A program made the position numbers and the translations under genes. A stretch of DNA of 63,093 nucleotides, the filler included, from Myxococcota bacterium (GTDB lineage Bacteria > Myxococcota_C > UBA6777), in assembly GCA_023150835.1 (NCBI GenBank). It is 3 parts of 3 records of this genome, joined end to end, with 100 filler letters (N's around TTAATTAATTAA, not from the genome) between each part and the next. Parts side by side here need not be neighbours in the genome. Positions count along the whole stretch, not along the records: positions 22,314 to 51,797 come from JAKLKB010000119.1; 2 more parts are not named here. One strand, 5' to 3'. The notes beneath the pieces are model-generated. The model worked only from the letters and a program-made list of their open reading frames with translations. It made no database searches and was not told the DNA's origin. Positions 40,060 to 49,642 of this stretch are shown here, piece by piece; the stretch's first letter is position 1, and every line of letters starts with the position of its first letter.

Positions 40060-41100
40060 TTAGGGGCGCCCGTCGATGCGGCTGCGAAGCTCGCTGCGAA
40101 CGAGGTTTCGCACACCATCCGAGGCGAGGAAGTCATGGGGAAAGCCCAAGCTGATCGCGCTGACTTCGTCGAGGCGTTGGAGATGCTCGGACTGCAACAC
40201 CACCGAGGCCGAACCAAGGGAGTCTTCGATCTGATCGACTTTGCGCGCCCCGACGATCGGGATGTAGCGATATCCCTGTGCTTGCACCCACGCATTCGCC
40301 ACTTGCGCTGACGAGACGCCCAGTTCATCGGCCACAGCATCGACCACCCGTGCAATCGCCATATTTCGCTCAGAGGTGCGGCCTCTTGAGGCGTTGCCCG
40401 CTGCGCGCAATGAATCGCTCGGCGATTCTGTGCGCGTGTATTTGCCCGTCAACACACCCCCACCAAGCGGAGCCCACGCCACCACCGACATCCCAAAGTG
40501 CGCAGCCATCGGCAACAACTCGCGCTCAGGTGTGCGTTCCAACAAGCTGTATTCGATCTGTAATCCCACAAACGATGTCCACCCACGCAGATCTGCCAAC
40601 GTGTTGGACGCCGAAACCACCCAAGCAGGTGTATCGCTGACGCCGATGTAAAGGACTTTTCCAGCACGGATCAGATCATCCAACCCTCGCATCGTCTCTT
40701 CGTAAGGCGTGTAGTCATCCCACGCATGCACCCACAACAAGTCGATATAATCGGTCTGAAGGCGCTTGAGGCTGTGCTCGACCGACAACACCATATTTTT
40801 TCGGTGGTTTCCTGCGGTGTTTGGATCTTCGTGGTTCATCGCCAAGGTGTACTTGGTCGCCACCACCATCCGATCGCGCTTTGCGCGCAACCACTTGCCC
40901 ACGATCTCTTCGGTCTCTCCGCCATGATACTTGTTGGCCGTATCCAAAAAGTTCCCGCCCCGCGCTGCATACGCATCCAAGACTTGATGACTCGTTGATT
41001 CATCGGCTCCAAAGCCCCACTGCTGGCCGAAACTCATCGTCCCCAAGCAGATCTCCGAGACACGCAGGCCCGTCTTTCCCAACAAACGATAACGCAGCAT
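40060..41100 (-). CDS. Aldo/keto reductase
   Basis: GLRVSEICLGTM, DTANKY, SLKRLQTDYIDL, GKVLYIGVSD, PIVGAR. Confidence 0.95.
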   Translation of the reverse strand: MLRYRLLGKTGLRVSEICLGTMSFGQQWGFGADESTSHQVLDAYAARGGNFLDTANKYHGGETEEIVGKWLRAKRDRMVVATKYTLAMNHEDPNTAGNHRKNMVLSVEHSLKRLQTDYIDLLWVHAWDDYTPYEETMRGLDDLIRAGKVLYIGVSDTPAWVVSASNTLADLRGWTSFVGLQIEYSLLERTPERELLPMAAHFGMSVVAWAPLGGGVLTGKYTRTESPSDSLRAAGNASRGRTSERNMAIARVVDAVADELGVSSAQVANAWVQAQGYRYIPIVGARKVDQIEDSLGSASVVLQSEHLQRLDEVSAISLGFPHDFLASDGVRNLVRSELRSRIDGRP

Positions 41101-41291
41101 TCTCCGCTCCTTTGGTGCTACATGCAGCAACATCGCTGCTTTGCGCGATCTGATGTACCGCTGTTGTCGCCTTGTGTCGAGGCCCCTCCTTGCGTCGCTT
41201 CCGAGATCGCTGTATCTATGCTCGCCACAAGCACTCGGCTGGCTCGTCCTTCGGGTGACTTGTTGAACCAACCCGATGTCTAGGGATATCT

Positions 41292-42005
41292 ATGCAAGAA
41301 TTACTCGCCCCGTTTCGCGGCCTTGATCGCAAAAGCACCACCGTTTTGTTGGCAGCCCCCGTCTTGATGGTGCTTTCGATGTACCAAGGAAATCACGCCT
41401 TTTTTCTCAAGCACTACGCCCACCTCGTCACCGACCCAGCTTATCGGCCTTGGGCCGCTTATGCTTACCAATTTGCCGCCTCCAACGTGCTGTTTGTTCT
41501 TGTTCCGATCCTCTTGATCAAGTTTGTGATCCGCGCTCCGCTTGGCGATTTTGGTTTCGGCCTTGGAGACTGGCGTTTTGGCCTAAAAGCCCTCGCCATC
41601 GTCACACCGATCGCCATCCCCTTGCTTTATCTTGGCTCCAACGATCCCGAACTCCTGCGCACCTACCCGCTCGTCAAGATGGCCGCCAAAAACACCCAAA
41701 CCTTTCTCCAATGGGCGCTCACTTATATGACCTTTTATATCGCTTGGGAGGCGATGTTTCGGGGCTTTTTGCAGTTTGGCTTGCGCGATCGGCTTGGCGA
41801 CTTTGGTTCGATCATGTTCCAAACGATGGCCTCCGTCTTGATGCACTACGACAAGCCGTTTGCCGAAACTTTTTCGGCGATCTTTGCAGGCATGGCTTGG
41901 GGTGCGATCGCCCTACGAACACGGTCTTTTTGGTATGTGATGATCTTCCATTGGATCTTTGGCCTGTGCAACGATCTCTTTTCGATCTTACGGGCCTCTC
42001 CGTGA
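41292..42005 (+). CDS. CPBP family intramembrane metalloprotease-like protein
   Basis: WEAMFRGFL, H..KP..E, RTRS.W....FH. Confidence 0.82.
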   Translation: MQELLAPFRGLDRKSTTVLLAAPVLMVLSMYQGNHAFFLKHYAHLVTDPAYRPWAAYAYQFAASNVLFVLVPILLIKFVIRAPLGDFGFGLGDWRFGLKALAIVTPIAIPLLYLGSNDPELLRTYPLVKMAAKNTQTFLQWALTYMTFYIAWEAMFRGFLQFGLRDRLGDFGSIMFQTMASVLMHYDKPFAETFSAIFAGMAWGAIALRTRSFWYVMIFHWIFGLCNDLFSILRASP

Positions 42006-42054
42006 GATCGCATCGCAACGTCATCGATTGTCTCTCGAACAAAGGAAAAAATAG

Positions 42055-43056
42055 ATGAAAACAATGGTCACAGGTGCGCATGGATTTATGGGTAGTAATC
42101 TGACGCGGGTTTTACGAGAAGAAGGATACGATGTTCGGGCTTGTGTACGTCCCGGCGGCAACTTTTCGACGCTCGAAGGGATCGATGCCGAACGATTTGA
42201 AGCGGATCTAACCGATCCATCGGCACTTGCATCAGCGTGCAAAGGGATCGATGTGATCTTCCACCTTGCGAGTTGTACGCACGAATGGAACTGGTGGCCC
42301 GTGTACAAGCGGATCAATGTCGATGGAACCCGCGATCTGCTCGAAGGTGCCGTCGCCGCAGGCGTCAAGCGCATCGTCTATATGAGCTCTCTTGCGATCC
42401 ACCACTTTCACGGGATCACCGACGGACACGAAGAGACCCCACAAGACGGATTCTTATTTGAAGGTTATGCGCGTTCAAAGATCGAAGCAGAACAGATCTT
42501 AAAAAGCTACCATGACGCAGGAAAGATCGAGGTCGTGATTATTCGCCCCGGCACCTTTCCATACGGACCCAACGATCAAACACACATCCGCGTCTTTGAC
42601 ACGATGTACCAAGGCGGATGGGCCTACGTCAACGGTGGCCGCGCTCTGGTCTCGACCGTGTACATCGACAACCTCGCACACGCGCTGATCCTTGCGGCTC
42701 AAAAGCCAGAAGCCGCAGGAAATGCCTACATCATCGCAGACGATTACCGCTTGACGTGGCGTGCATTTTCCGAAGCCTTTATCAAGGCTCTCGGTGGAAA
42801 ACCAGTGCGCCTCAGCGCGCCGCTTTGGTTGGTCTATCCGCTCGGATGGATGCTCGAAACCATCTACCGAACGCTGCGGATCAAAAAACCACCCTTCGTC
42901 ACACGTTATACAGTATCACTTGCGGGCAAAGACTTTTACTTTCTTCCTGCACGTGCAGAGAAAGAACTCGGATACAAACCCAAGATATCGTGGGAAGAAG
43001 GCGTCCAACGCACCGCTCGGTGGTATCTTGAAAAACACGCCCAAAAGAAAAATTGA
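42055..43056 (+). CDS. NAD-dependent epimerase/dehydratase (3-beta-HSD/HpnA-like)
   Basis: TGAHGFMG, YARSK, YGPND, ELGYKP. Confidence 0.9.
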   Translation: MKTMVTGAHGFMGSNLTRVLREEGYDVRACVRPGGNFSTLEGIDAERFEADLTDPSALASACKGIDVIFHLASCTHEWNWWPVYKRINVDGTRDLLEGAVAAGVKRIVYMSSLAIHHFHGITDGHEETPQDGFLFEGYARSKIEAEQILKSYHDAGKIEVVIIRPGTFPYGPNDQTHIRVFDTMYQGGWAYVNGGRALVSTVYIDNLAHALILAAQKPEAAGNAYIIADDYRLTWRAFSEAFIKALGGKPVRLSAPLWLVYPLGWMLETIYRTLRIKKPPFVTRYTVSLAGKDFYFLPARAEKELGYKPKISWEEGVQRTARWYLEKHAQKKN

Positions 43057-43147
43057 CGGTTCGACGGGCCTCACAACATGGACGGTTCGACGGGCCTCAT
43101 CAAGAGCGCCAACACTCCCTTCCACATCCCTCGATTTGGAGAGACCG

Positions 43148-44287
43148 ATGTCTCGGCTTGATACGATCTTTTTTTGGATCTGCACCATCTCGACGCTGTA
43201 TCTGTTTGCCAGTATGCTGGCGGTTTTCCGACTGACGCGCAGACGCAATACAGCAACACTTCCTGAGTCGGTGCCCGGGGTTTCGATTATGAAACCTCTC
43301 AAAGGCATCGACGATGATCTTGCCGAGAATATCCGATCTTTTTGCGTTCAAGATTATCCCCGTTATGAACTCGTCTTTGCCGCAGCCGATCCCAACGATC
43401 CAGCCCGAGAAGTCGTCGAGCAGATCCAGCTCGAACATCCCGATCTGCCGCTGCGTTTCTTTGCCCAAGAACCCACCCCCAGCCTCAACCCCAAAGTCGC
43501 CAACCTCGAAACGATCGCCAACCATGTGCGCTATGATCTGGTGTTGATTAGCGATTCCAATGTGCGCGTTCCCCCCGATTATCTCTCCGATCTGGTCCGC
43601 TCGTACCATCAAGAGGGCGTCGGGATCGCCACCAACATGGTCTGCGGGGATGGCGAAGAAACATGGTCTGCCGCCCTCGAAAATATGTTCCTCAACGGGA
43701 TCATCCTCGGCGGCTTTGCGGTGGCGGCTGCTTTTGCAGGACACACCTATGTTCTGGGAAAGTCGGCGTTGTTTCGGATGAAGCACTTTCTCCAGTTGGG
43801 GGGGTTTTCCCCGCTTCACAAAGTCATCGTAGAAGACGAGATATCGTCGAACTGGTTTCGGAAAGCAGGCTTTCGCATCGTGTATGGAACACGCCCGATC
43901 TACACGCACAATCGCCAATGGACCTTTGCGCAATTTCTGGAACGCCACATCCGCTGGGCGCGAGTGCGTTTGCGAACAGCAACGGCGGCTTATTTTATCG
44001 AACCGTTGGCGGCCCCGCTTGGACCCGCGATCGTGTGGGTGGTGTTGTCGGGTGGGTCGAGGGCTTCGCTGGTGGGTTGTGCGGTGGCTTGGCTGTTGGT
44101 TTGGCTGCGCGATCAAGCCCATGCGTATTGGATGGAACGCCCGTTTTTTCGGTGGTCTGTGTTCTTCCTTTTGCCGGTGTTTGCGGTGTTCCACTTCTTT
44201 TTGCTGGTGTTGTCGCCGTGGAGCAACCGCATCTCATGGCGCGGAAAAACCTACAAGATCGGACGGCACACAGAGATCCTTGACTGA
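43148..44287 (+). CDS. Ceramide glucosyltransferase-like GT (GT21/HpnI-like)
   Basis: SIMKPLKG.D, QDYP.YE, NPKV.NL, ISDSNVRV, ED, RH.RW. Confidence 0.88.
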   Translation: MSRLDTIFFWICTISTLYLFASMLAVFRLTRRRNTATLPESVPGVSIMKPLKGIDDDLAENIRSFCVQDYPRYELVFAAADPNDPAREVVEQIQLEHPDLPLRFFAQEPTPSLNPKVANLETIANHVRYDLVLISDSNVRVPPDYLSDLVRSYHQEGVGIATNMVCGDGEETWSAALENMFLNGIILGGFAVAAAFAGHTYVLGKSALFRMKHFLQLGGFSPLHKVIVEDEISSNWFRKAGFRIVYGTRPIYTHNRQWTFAQFLERHIRWARVRLRTATAAYFIEPLAAPLGPAIVWVVLSGGSRASLVGCAVAWLLVWLRDQAHAYWMERPFFRWSVFFLLPVFAVFHFFLLVLSPWSNRISWRGKTYKIGRHTEILD

Positions 44288-44314
44288 TCGAAGTGACGCA
44301 GTCGGGCTTGTTTT

Positions 44315-44547
44315 TGTGGGGCGTTGCCCCATAGGCGTTAGGTTAAGCGGAGGAAAGCCCCCCACCCCGCCCTCCCCCGTGAACAGGGGAGGGAGCGAAA
44401 GTCGGAAGCAGCGGGGATGTTGTTTTTTCGTGACGCACGCTGTATGCACGAGACGCAGACGCTACCCGTTCCAACTTCCCCCCGCGATCATCCTCGACCC
44501 TCCGGTGTTTCCACCTTAACAAGGCGCGTATGGGGCGTTGCCCCATA
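44315..44547 (+). mobile_element. MITE-like element with ~36-bp imperfect terminal inverted repeats
   Basis: tggggcgttgccccataggcgttaggttaagcgg ... ccaccttaacaaggcgcgtatggggcgttgccccata; second copy inverted at 51560-51788. Confidence 0.65.
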
Positions 44548-44648
44548 CCCCACTGCCAAGGGCGCGGCTCCCTTGACCCCGTATTTGGCGGAGTGAACTT
44601 CCGTTTTTCAAACAAACAGCACTGCCGCATGATAGGGCGCGGACACGG
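44531..44648 (+). repeat. Dispersed ~120-nt three-hairpin repeat, copy 5 (fused to MITE-like end)
   Basis: tggggcgttgccccat...caagggcgcggctcccttgaccccgtatttggcg...tttcaaa...cgcggacacgg. Confidence 0.8.
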
Positions 44649-44753
44649 TTTTTTGTGTATCACACGCAAACAACGCTCTTTTTTCAAGGGTATTGGGAAG
44701 TTTCAGCGTTTTAAGGATTGCTTGTGGCGGAAGCTGTAGGGTGTTGGGAAGCT

Positions 44754-45878
44754 TCAGCGTTTTAGGGATTGCTTGTGAGAGAAGGTTGCGGCGGAGGTTG
44801 TAGGGCTTTGGTGTTCGGGGGCATAGGGATCGGTGGCGGCGGGGAGCGCGGAGTGAGGTTGTGGCGGAGGCTGTAGGGCTTTGGTGTTGGGAGCCTTAAC
44901 CCATTTGGCTTGACACATCCAGTCGACGGTGCGTTGTGCGCCTTCGTCGAAGGGGACTTGTGGGACGTAGCCCAAGATCCGACGGGCTTTTTCGCTTGAA
45001 AAAGTCCAATTGGGCTGAGAAAAGTCGACGGCACGCCAAAAGTTAAACTCGAAGGGCTTGCGCAGGATCAGGCTCAAAAGATGCGTAAAGGTGGCTGCGA
45101 CAAACAAGACAGGGATCGGAAAACGCAGCGGTTTGGCGCGTATGCCGAGTGCTTTTGTGACGGCTTGGCCGATCTCCGACCATGTGAGTCCCGAACAGCC
45201 CAAGACAAAGATCTCACCGATGGCTTGGGGGTGTTCGGCAGCAAGCAACATCCCACGAACGAGATCATCCACATGGCAGAGATCCATCCGCGCTTCGGGA
45301 CGCCACCAACCAAAGGTGGCGTAGCGGCCTGCGTAAATACAAAGATTCAACAGGTCGATCCATTCGGTGGTTCGGGGTCCATAGATCGCGGTTGGACGGA
45401 TCACCGTGACGGGGATATCCGAGAATTCTTGTAGCGCGATCAACTCTGCTTCGCGTTTGCTGCGCGCATACGGCGTGATCGGGACGTGTTTCTCCTCGTC
45501 GGCCAAAACTCCCGTCGGAGAAGGCCCTGAGACCGTTGCGCTCGAAACCAACACAAAACGTCGGAGAGAAGGGGCATGTCGACACAGTTCTAACAATCGG
45601 CGTGTCCCGCCTGCGTTGACGTGAAAAAAATGTTTGGGCGTCAAGCCGATGCGCGCCCCTGCAAGATGGAAGATCCATTCGCTTTGGGCGATCGCTTGCC
45701 GCAAGGCTTCGTTGGGTTGGGTGATATCGCAGTGCAACATCTTGACCTGCGGCCCTTCGAGCCACTCTGCGGATGTTTTTGGGAACAACACGCACGTCAC
45801 TTCATCCCCGCGCTCCACCAACGCTTGCACCAACGCGCTCCCAATAAATCCGTTGGCTCCCGTCACCAAGATCTGCAT
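44754..45878 (-). CDS. NAD-dependent epimerase/dehydratase (paralog 1)
   Basis: TGANGFIG, YARSK, IYGPR; C-terminal tail built from local repeats. Confidence 0.9.
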   Translation of the reverse strand: MQILVTGANGFIGSALVQALVERGDEVTCVLFPKTSAEWLEGPQVKMLHCDITQPNEALRQAIAQSEWIFHLAGARIGLTPKHFFHVNAGGTRRLLELCRHAPSLRRFVLVSSATVSGPSPTGVLADEEKHVPITPYARSKREAELIALQEFSDIPVTVIRPTAIYGPRTTEWIDLLNLCIYAGRYATFGWWRPEARMDLCHVDDLVRGMLLAAEHPQAIGEIFVLGCSGLTWSEIGQAVTKALGIRAKPLRFPIPVLFVAATFTHLLSLILRKPFEFNFWRAVDFSQPNWTFSSEKARRILGYVPQVPFDEGAQRTVDWMCQAKWVKAPNTKALQPPPQPHSALPAATDPYAPEHQSPTTSAATFSHKQSLKR

Positions 45879-45914
45879 TCATCCATCTCCTTCACAGTTT
45901 TTTATCAGCCTTCA

Positions 45915-46943
45915 CTAATTCGAACGCAAGAGGTTTTTCGATTTGGGGGCCTTGACCCATTTGGCTTGACACATCCAATCGACGGTGCGCTGAGCGCCTT
46001 CTTCAAAAGGGACTTGCGGGGTGTAGCCCAAGATCCGCCGCGCCTTTTCGCTCGAAAAAGTCCAATTAGGCTGAGAAAAGTCGACCGCACGCCAGAGATT
46101 GAACTCGAAGGGTTTGCGCAGGATCAGGCTGAGAAGATGGGTCAACGCAGCAGCGAGAAACAACAATGGGATCGGAAGGCGCAACGGTTTGGCCCGAACA
46201 CCGAGAGCTTGGGCGACCGTTTTCCCCATCTCGGACCAAGAGCGATCGACACCACCCAAAAGAAAGATCTCGCCGATAGATTGGGGATGTTCAGCAGCAA
46301 GCAACATTCCCCGAACAAGATCGTCGACGTGGCACATATCCATCCGCGCCTCAGGCCGCAGCCAACCAAAGATCGCATAACGCCCCCACTGAGCGCAAAG
46401 ATTCAACATATCCACCCACTCGGTCGTACGGGGTCCATAGATCGCTGTTGGGCGAACGACCGTCACGGGGACATCGGAAAAAGCTCCAAGCGCGATGCGT
46501 TCGGCCTCTCGCTTGCTTTGGGCATAGGGAGTGATCGGATGATCCGTCGTTTCGTCGGCGGCTTGGCCTGTGGGAGACGGGCCACACACCGTCGCACTCG
46601 ATACCAACACAAAACGCCGAAGAGAAGGAGCCGAGGCTCGGCAGATCTCCAACAAGCGGCGCGTCCCTTCGGCATTGACGGAAAAAAAATGTTTGGGCGT
46701 CAGACCGATACGCGCTCCCGCAAGATGGAAGATCCATTCACTTTTGGCGACGGCTTGCCGCAAGGCTTCGTTGGGCTGGGTGATATCGGCGTGCAGCATC
46801 GTCACGCTCGGGCCTTCGAGCCACGTTGCCGAAGTTCCCGGAAACAACACACACGCCACCTCATCCCCACGCTCCACCAACGCTTGCACCAACGCACTCC
46901 CAATAAAGCCGTTGGCCCCCGTCACCAAGACCCGCATCCACAC
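45915..46943 (-). CDS. NAD-dependent epimerase/dehydratase (paralog 2, tandem duplicate)
   Basis: TGANGFIG, YAQSK; highly similar to 44754-45878 along its length. Confidence 0.9.
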   Translation of the reverse strand: MWMRVLVTGANGFIGSALVQALVERGDEVACVLFPGTSATWLEGPSVTMLHADITQPNEALRQAVAKSEWIFHLAGARIGLTPKHFFSVNAEGTRRLLEICRASAPSLRRFVLVSSATVCGPSPTGQAADETTDHPITPYAQSKREAERIALGAFSDVPVTVVRPTAIYGPRTTEWVDMLNLCAQWGRYAIFGWLRPEARMDMCHVDDLVRGMLLAAEHPQSIGEIFLLGGVDRSWSEMGKTVAQALGVRAKPLRLPIPLLFLAAALTHLLSLILRKPFEFNLWRAVDFSQPNWTFSSEKARRILGYTPQVPFEEGAQRTVDWMCQAKWVKAPKSKNLLRSN

Positions 46944-47311
46944 GCCTCCATCGCGATTTGAGCAGGTCTTTCATCGGAAGACTTCCTCCCCGTCACCAAG
47001 ACCCACATCCACACGCCTCCACCGCGATGGCCTTCCACCCAAAAAAAGGGAAAAAGCCGCACCGCTTTTTTGATCCATCCCGACACATCGAAACAACCGA
47101 ACCGAACGAACAGACAGGGCGAAACGCGCCCACGCACTTTTCGCGCACCTCTTGACGGCCCCTCGGGATCTAAGCCATAAGCGCAGCATCGAAACGCTTC
47201 GGCCTGTTATTTCGCAAGCACCTTGCGCAAGATACGCCGCCCTGTCAAGCGCAAACCACCCAGACAACACCATCAGCCTTTTCTTGAGAAAACAGCAAAG
47301 ATAGAACCGCC

Positions 47312-48775
47312 ATGCAACAACCGATCAAACGCGACGATCTCTTACCCACCAAGGGAACGACCACGCCCCTCCAAGAAATCCCCTCCAAGCGCACGCGGTT
47401 GCGCAGTTATAGCGGATTTCACCACGCAGAGGCGGAGATCCTTACACCATCGAGCGTCGAAGCCTTGGCCGCGATCTTTGCACAGGCACAACACCAAGGC
47501 CGTCGGATGAGTTTGCGCGCATCGGGCTTTTCACTCGATACCCAAGCACTCCACGACGATCTGAGCGTCTCGCTTTCAGCCTTGCGCCAGATCAAGCATA
47601 TCGACACCCAAGAAGGAACCTTGGTCGTCGAACCCGGTGCGTTGTGGGGTGATGTGGCGAGAGCCCTTTTGCCGACGGGATGGATGACTCCGATCATGCC
47701 CTCTAGCCCGATGATATCGGTGGGAGGAACGCTTTCAAGCAATGGTGTATCGCGGATGTCCCCGATTCATGGGCGAGAAGGCGAGCATGTCCTACAGTTT
47801 CGCTTGTTGACACCACGCGGGGAGATGCTGGCTTGTAGCCGTCAACAGAATGCCGATCTGTTTTACGCAGCCATCGGAGGATTCGGTTATTTTGGGGCGA
47901 TCACGGAGATCACTTATAAGCTCCAGCGCCTCGATCAACGCCGAAATGTTGAAACGCTGATCGATAAGTTCGATCAATACGACGATATCTTTGATCGGCT
48001 GCGCGACTGGACCCGATCTCCCGATGGATGGGACTCTGTTTCGGCTCCGTTGTTGTGTGGGCCCCACTATCAACGAGGGATGATCTTTCGCTCTCGTTAC
48101 ACCGACAAGCCGACAGGACCGTTGTATTTTCCGCACCGACAACACCATCCGCTGCGTGTTTTGACCGAGATGTTGATGCGCCATTCGTGGTTTAGCCAAC
48201 GCATCTGGCGGATGATCTACCGCTTCTTTGCCCCACGCAACCAAACCTTTGTCGATCCCTTGCTTGGCTACAGCTTTTTCTTTGACGCTCAACGCAAGAT
48301 GCGCCGATTCACCGAGTTTTTTGGCATCCCAAGCCCACTGATCCAACAAGGATTCGTCTTTGAAGGCGAAGGTGGGCGCGCATTTCTCAAAGAAGAAGCA
48401 GCCCCCCTACTTCAAGCGCATCAGATCTGGCCGTTGTTAACCGATGCTTTGTACTTGCCTGCGGATGCGTTTTTGTTTTCGCCCAACTATCAACGTGCAG
48501 GATTTGCCGTGACAATGGCCTTTGTCGACTTGCGTGGAGATCGATTTGAGCGAACCCGCGCAGTCCTCGAACAATTGAGCGAACGCTGCCTTGCACGCGG
48601 AGGTCGCCTTTGGTTGACCAAAAATGCCTTTGCTTCGCCCGCTTGTTTGCGTGCGATGTTCGAGGCGACACGCTCGCCGATTATGCGCCTCAAACAACAA
48701 GCTGACCCACACCATCTGATCCGCAGTCCATTCGTCGAGAAGATCTTTGCTCTCCCCACCCACGAAGGAGTCTGA
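47312..48775 (+). CDS. FAD-binding oxidoreductase (VAO/DprE1-like)
   Basis: RASGFSL, VEPGA.WGD, ISVGGTLSSNG, GGFGYFGAIT, GGRLWLTK, DP. Confidence 0.85.
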   Translation: MQQPIKRDDLLPTKGTTTPLQEIPSKRTRLRSYSGFHHAEAEILTPSSVEALAAIFAQAQHQGRRMSLRASGFSLDTQALHDDLSVSLSALRQIKHIDTQEGTLVVEPGALWGDVARALLPTGWMTPIMPSSPMISVGGTLSSNGVSRMSPIHGREGEHVLQFRLLTPRGEMLACSRQQNADLFYAAIGGFGYFGAITEITYKLQRLDQRRNVETLIDKFDQYDDIFDRLRDWTRSPDGWDSVSAPLLCGPHYQRGMIFRSRYTDKPTGPLYFPHRQHHPLRVLTEMLMRHSWFSQRIWRMIYRFFAPRNQTFVDPLLGYSFFFDAQRKMRRFTEFFGIPSPLIQQGFVFEGEGGRAFLKEEAAPLLQAHQIWPLLTDALYLPADAFLFSPNYQRAGFAVTMAFVDLRGDRFERTRAVLEQLSERCLARGGRLWLTKNAFASPACLRAMFEATRSPIMRLKQQADPHHLIRSPFVEKIFALPTHEGV

Positions 48776-48777
48776 TC

Positions 48778-49602
48778 GTGCCCAAAGCCAAAACCAACAA
48801 ACGCATCCTGATCACCGGAGCCAGTACAGGAATCGGTCGCAGTGCCACCGAGATCCTCGCAGGCTCAGGAGACACCGTCTATGCTTGCGCCAGAAAAACA
48901 AGCGATCTGGAAGAACTCGCCAAGATCCCCCATGTCATCCCCCTGCTGCTGGATGTCACCTCCCGCGAACAGATCCAAGCTGCCGTCCAAAAACTCGAAG
49001 CCGAGGCGGGTTCGCTCGACGCACTGGTCAACAATGCTGGGATCTCCGTCAGCGGCCCGTTGATGGATCTCCCCGAAGAAGAGATGCGCGCCCAGTTTGA
49101 AGTCAACGTCTTTGGGATCACCAACCTCACCCAAGCCCTTTTCCCGTTGCTTCACAAAGCCAAAGGCCGCGTTGTCAACATCAGCTCCATCGCGGCTCGT
49201 CTTGTGACGCCGTTTCTTGGCCCCTACTGCATGAGCAAGTTTGCGCTCGAAGCCTACTCCGACGCCCTACGTCGCGAACTCCGTCCCCTTGGGATGAAGG
49301 TCGTGATCGTCCAACCCGGTCCCACCCAAACCGCGATCTGGGGAAAAACCGACCCCAACACCGAGGTTTATGCGGGCTCTGTCTTTGAAGAACGCGCCAA
49401 AAAAATCGGTAAAATGATGATCGGACGCGCCAACTCAAACGCGATCCCTGCCGAAGATGTAGGCTTTGTGATCTACCAAGCCATCCACGCCCCCCGCCCC
49501 AAGATCCGCTACCTGATCACCCCCGAAAAGCTCCCCCAACTCCTGCTCTCCAAGATGCCTGACTCCGTGATCGACCTCGCTCTCTCTCAAGTCTTTGGCT
49601 GA
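48778..49602 (+). CDS. Short-chain dehydrogenase/reductase
   Basis: TGASTGIG, NNAG, NISS, YCMSK. Confidence 0.93.
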   Translation: MPKAKTNKRILITGASTGIGRSATEILAGSGDTVYACARKTSDLEELAKIPHVIPLLLDVTSREQIQAAVQKLEAEAGSLDALVNNAGISVSGPLMDLPEEEMRAQFEVNVFGITNLTQALFPLLHKAKGRVVNISSIAARLVTPFLGPYCMSKFALEAYSDALRRELRPLGMKVVIVQPGPTQTAIWGKTDPNTEVYAGSVFEERAKKIGKMMIGRANSNAIPAEDVGFVIYQAIHAPRPKIRYLITPEKLPQLLLSKMPDSVIDLALSQVFG

Positions 49603-49642
49603 TCAGCGATGGCTCCGCTTGATGTAGCGCGAGCATGGGGTT

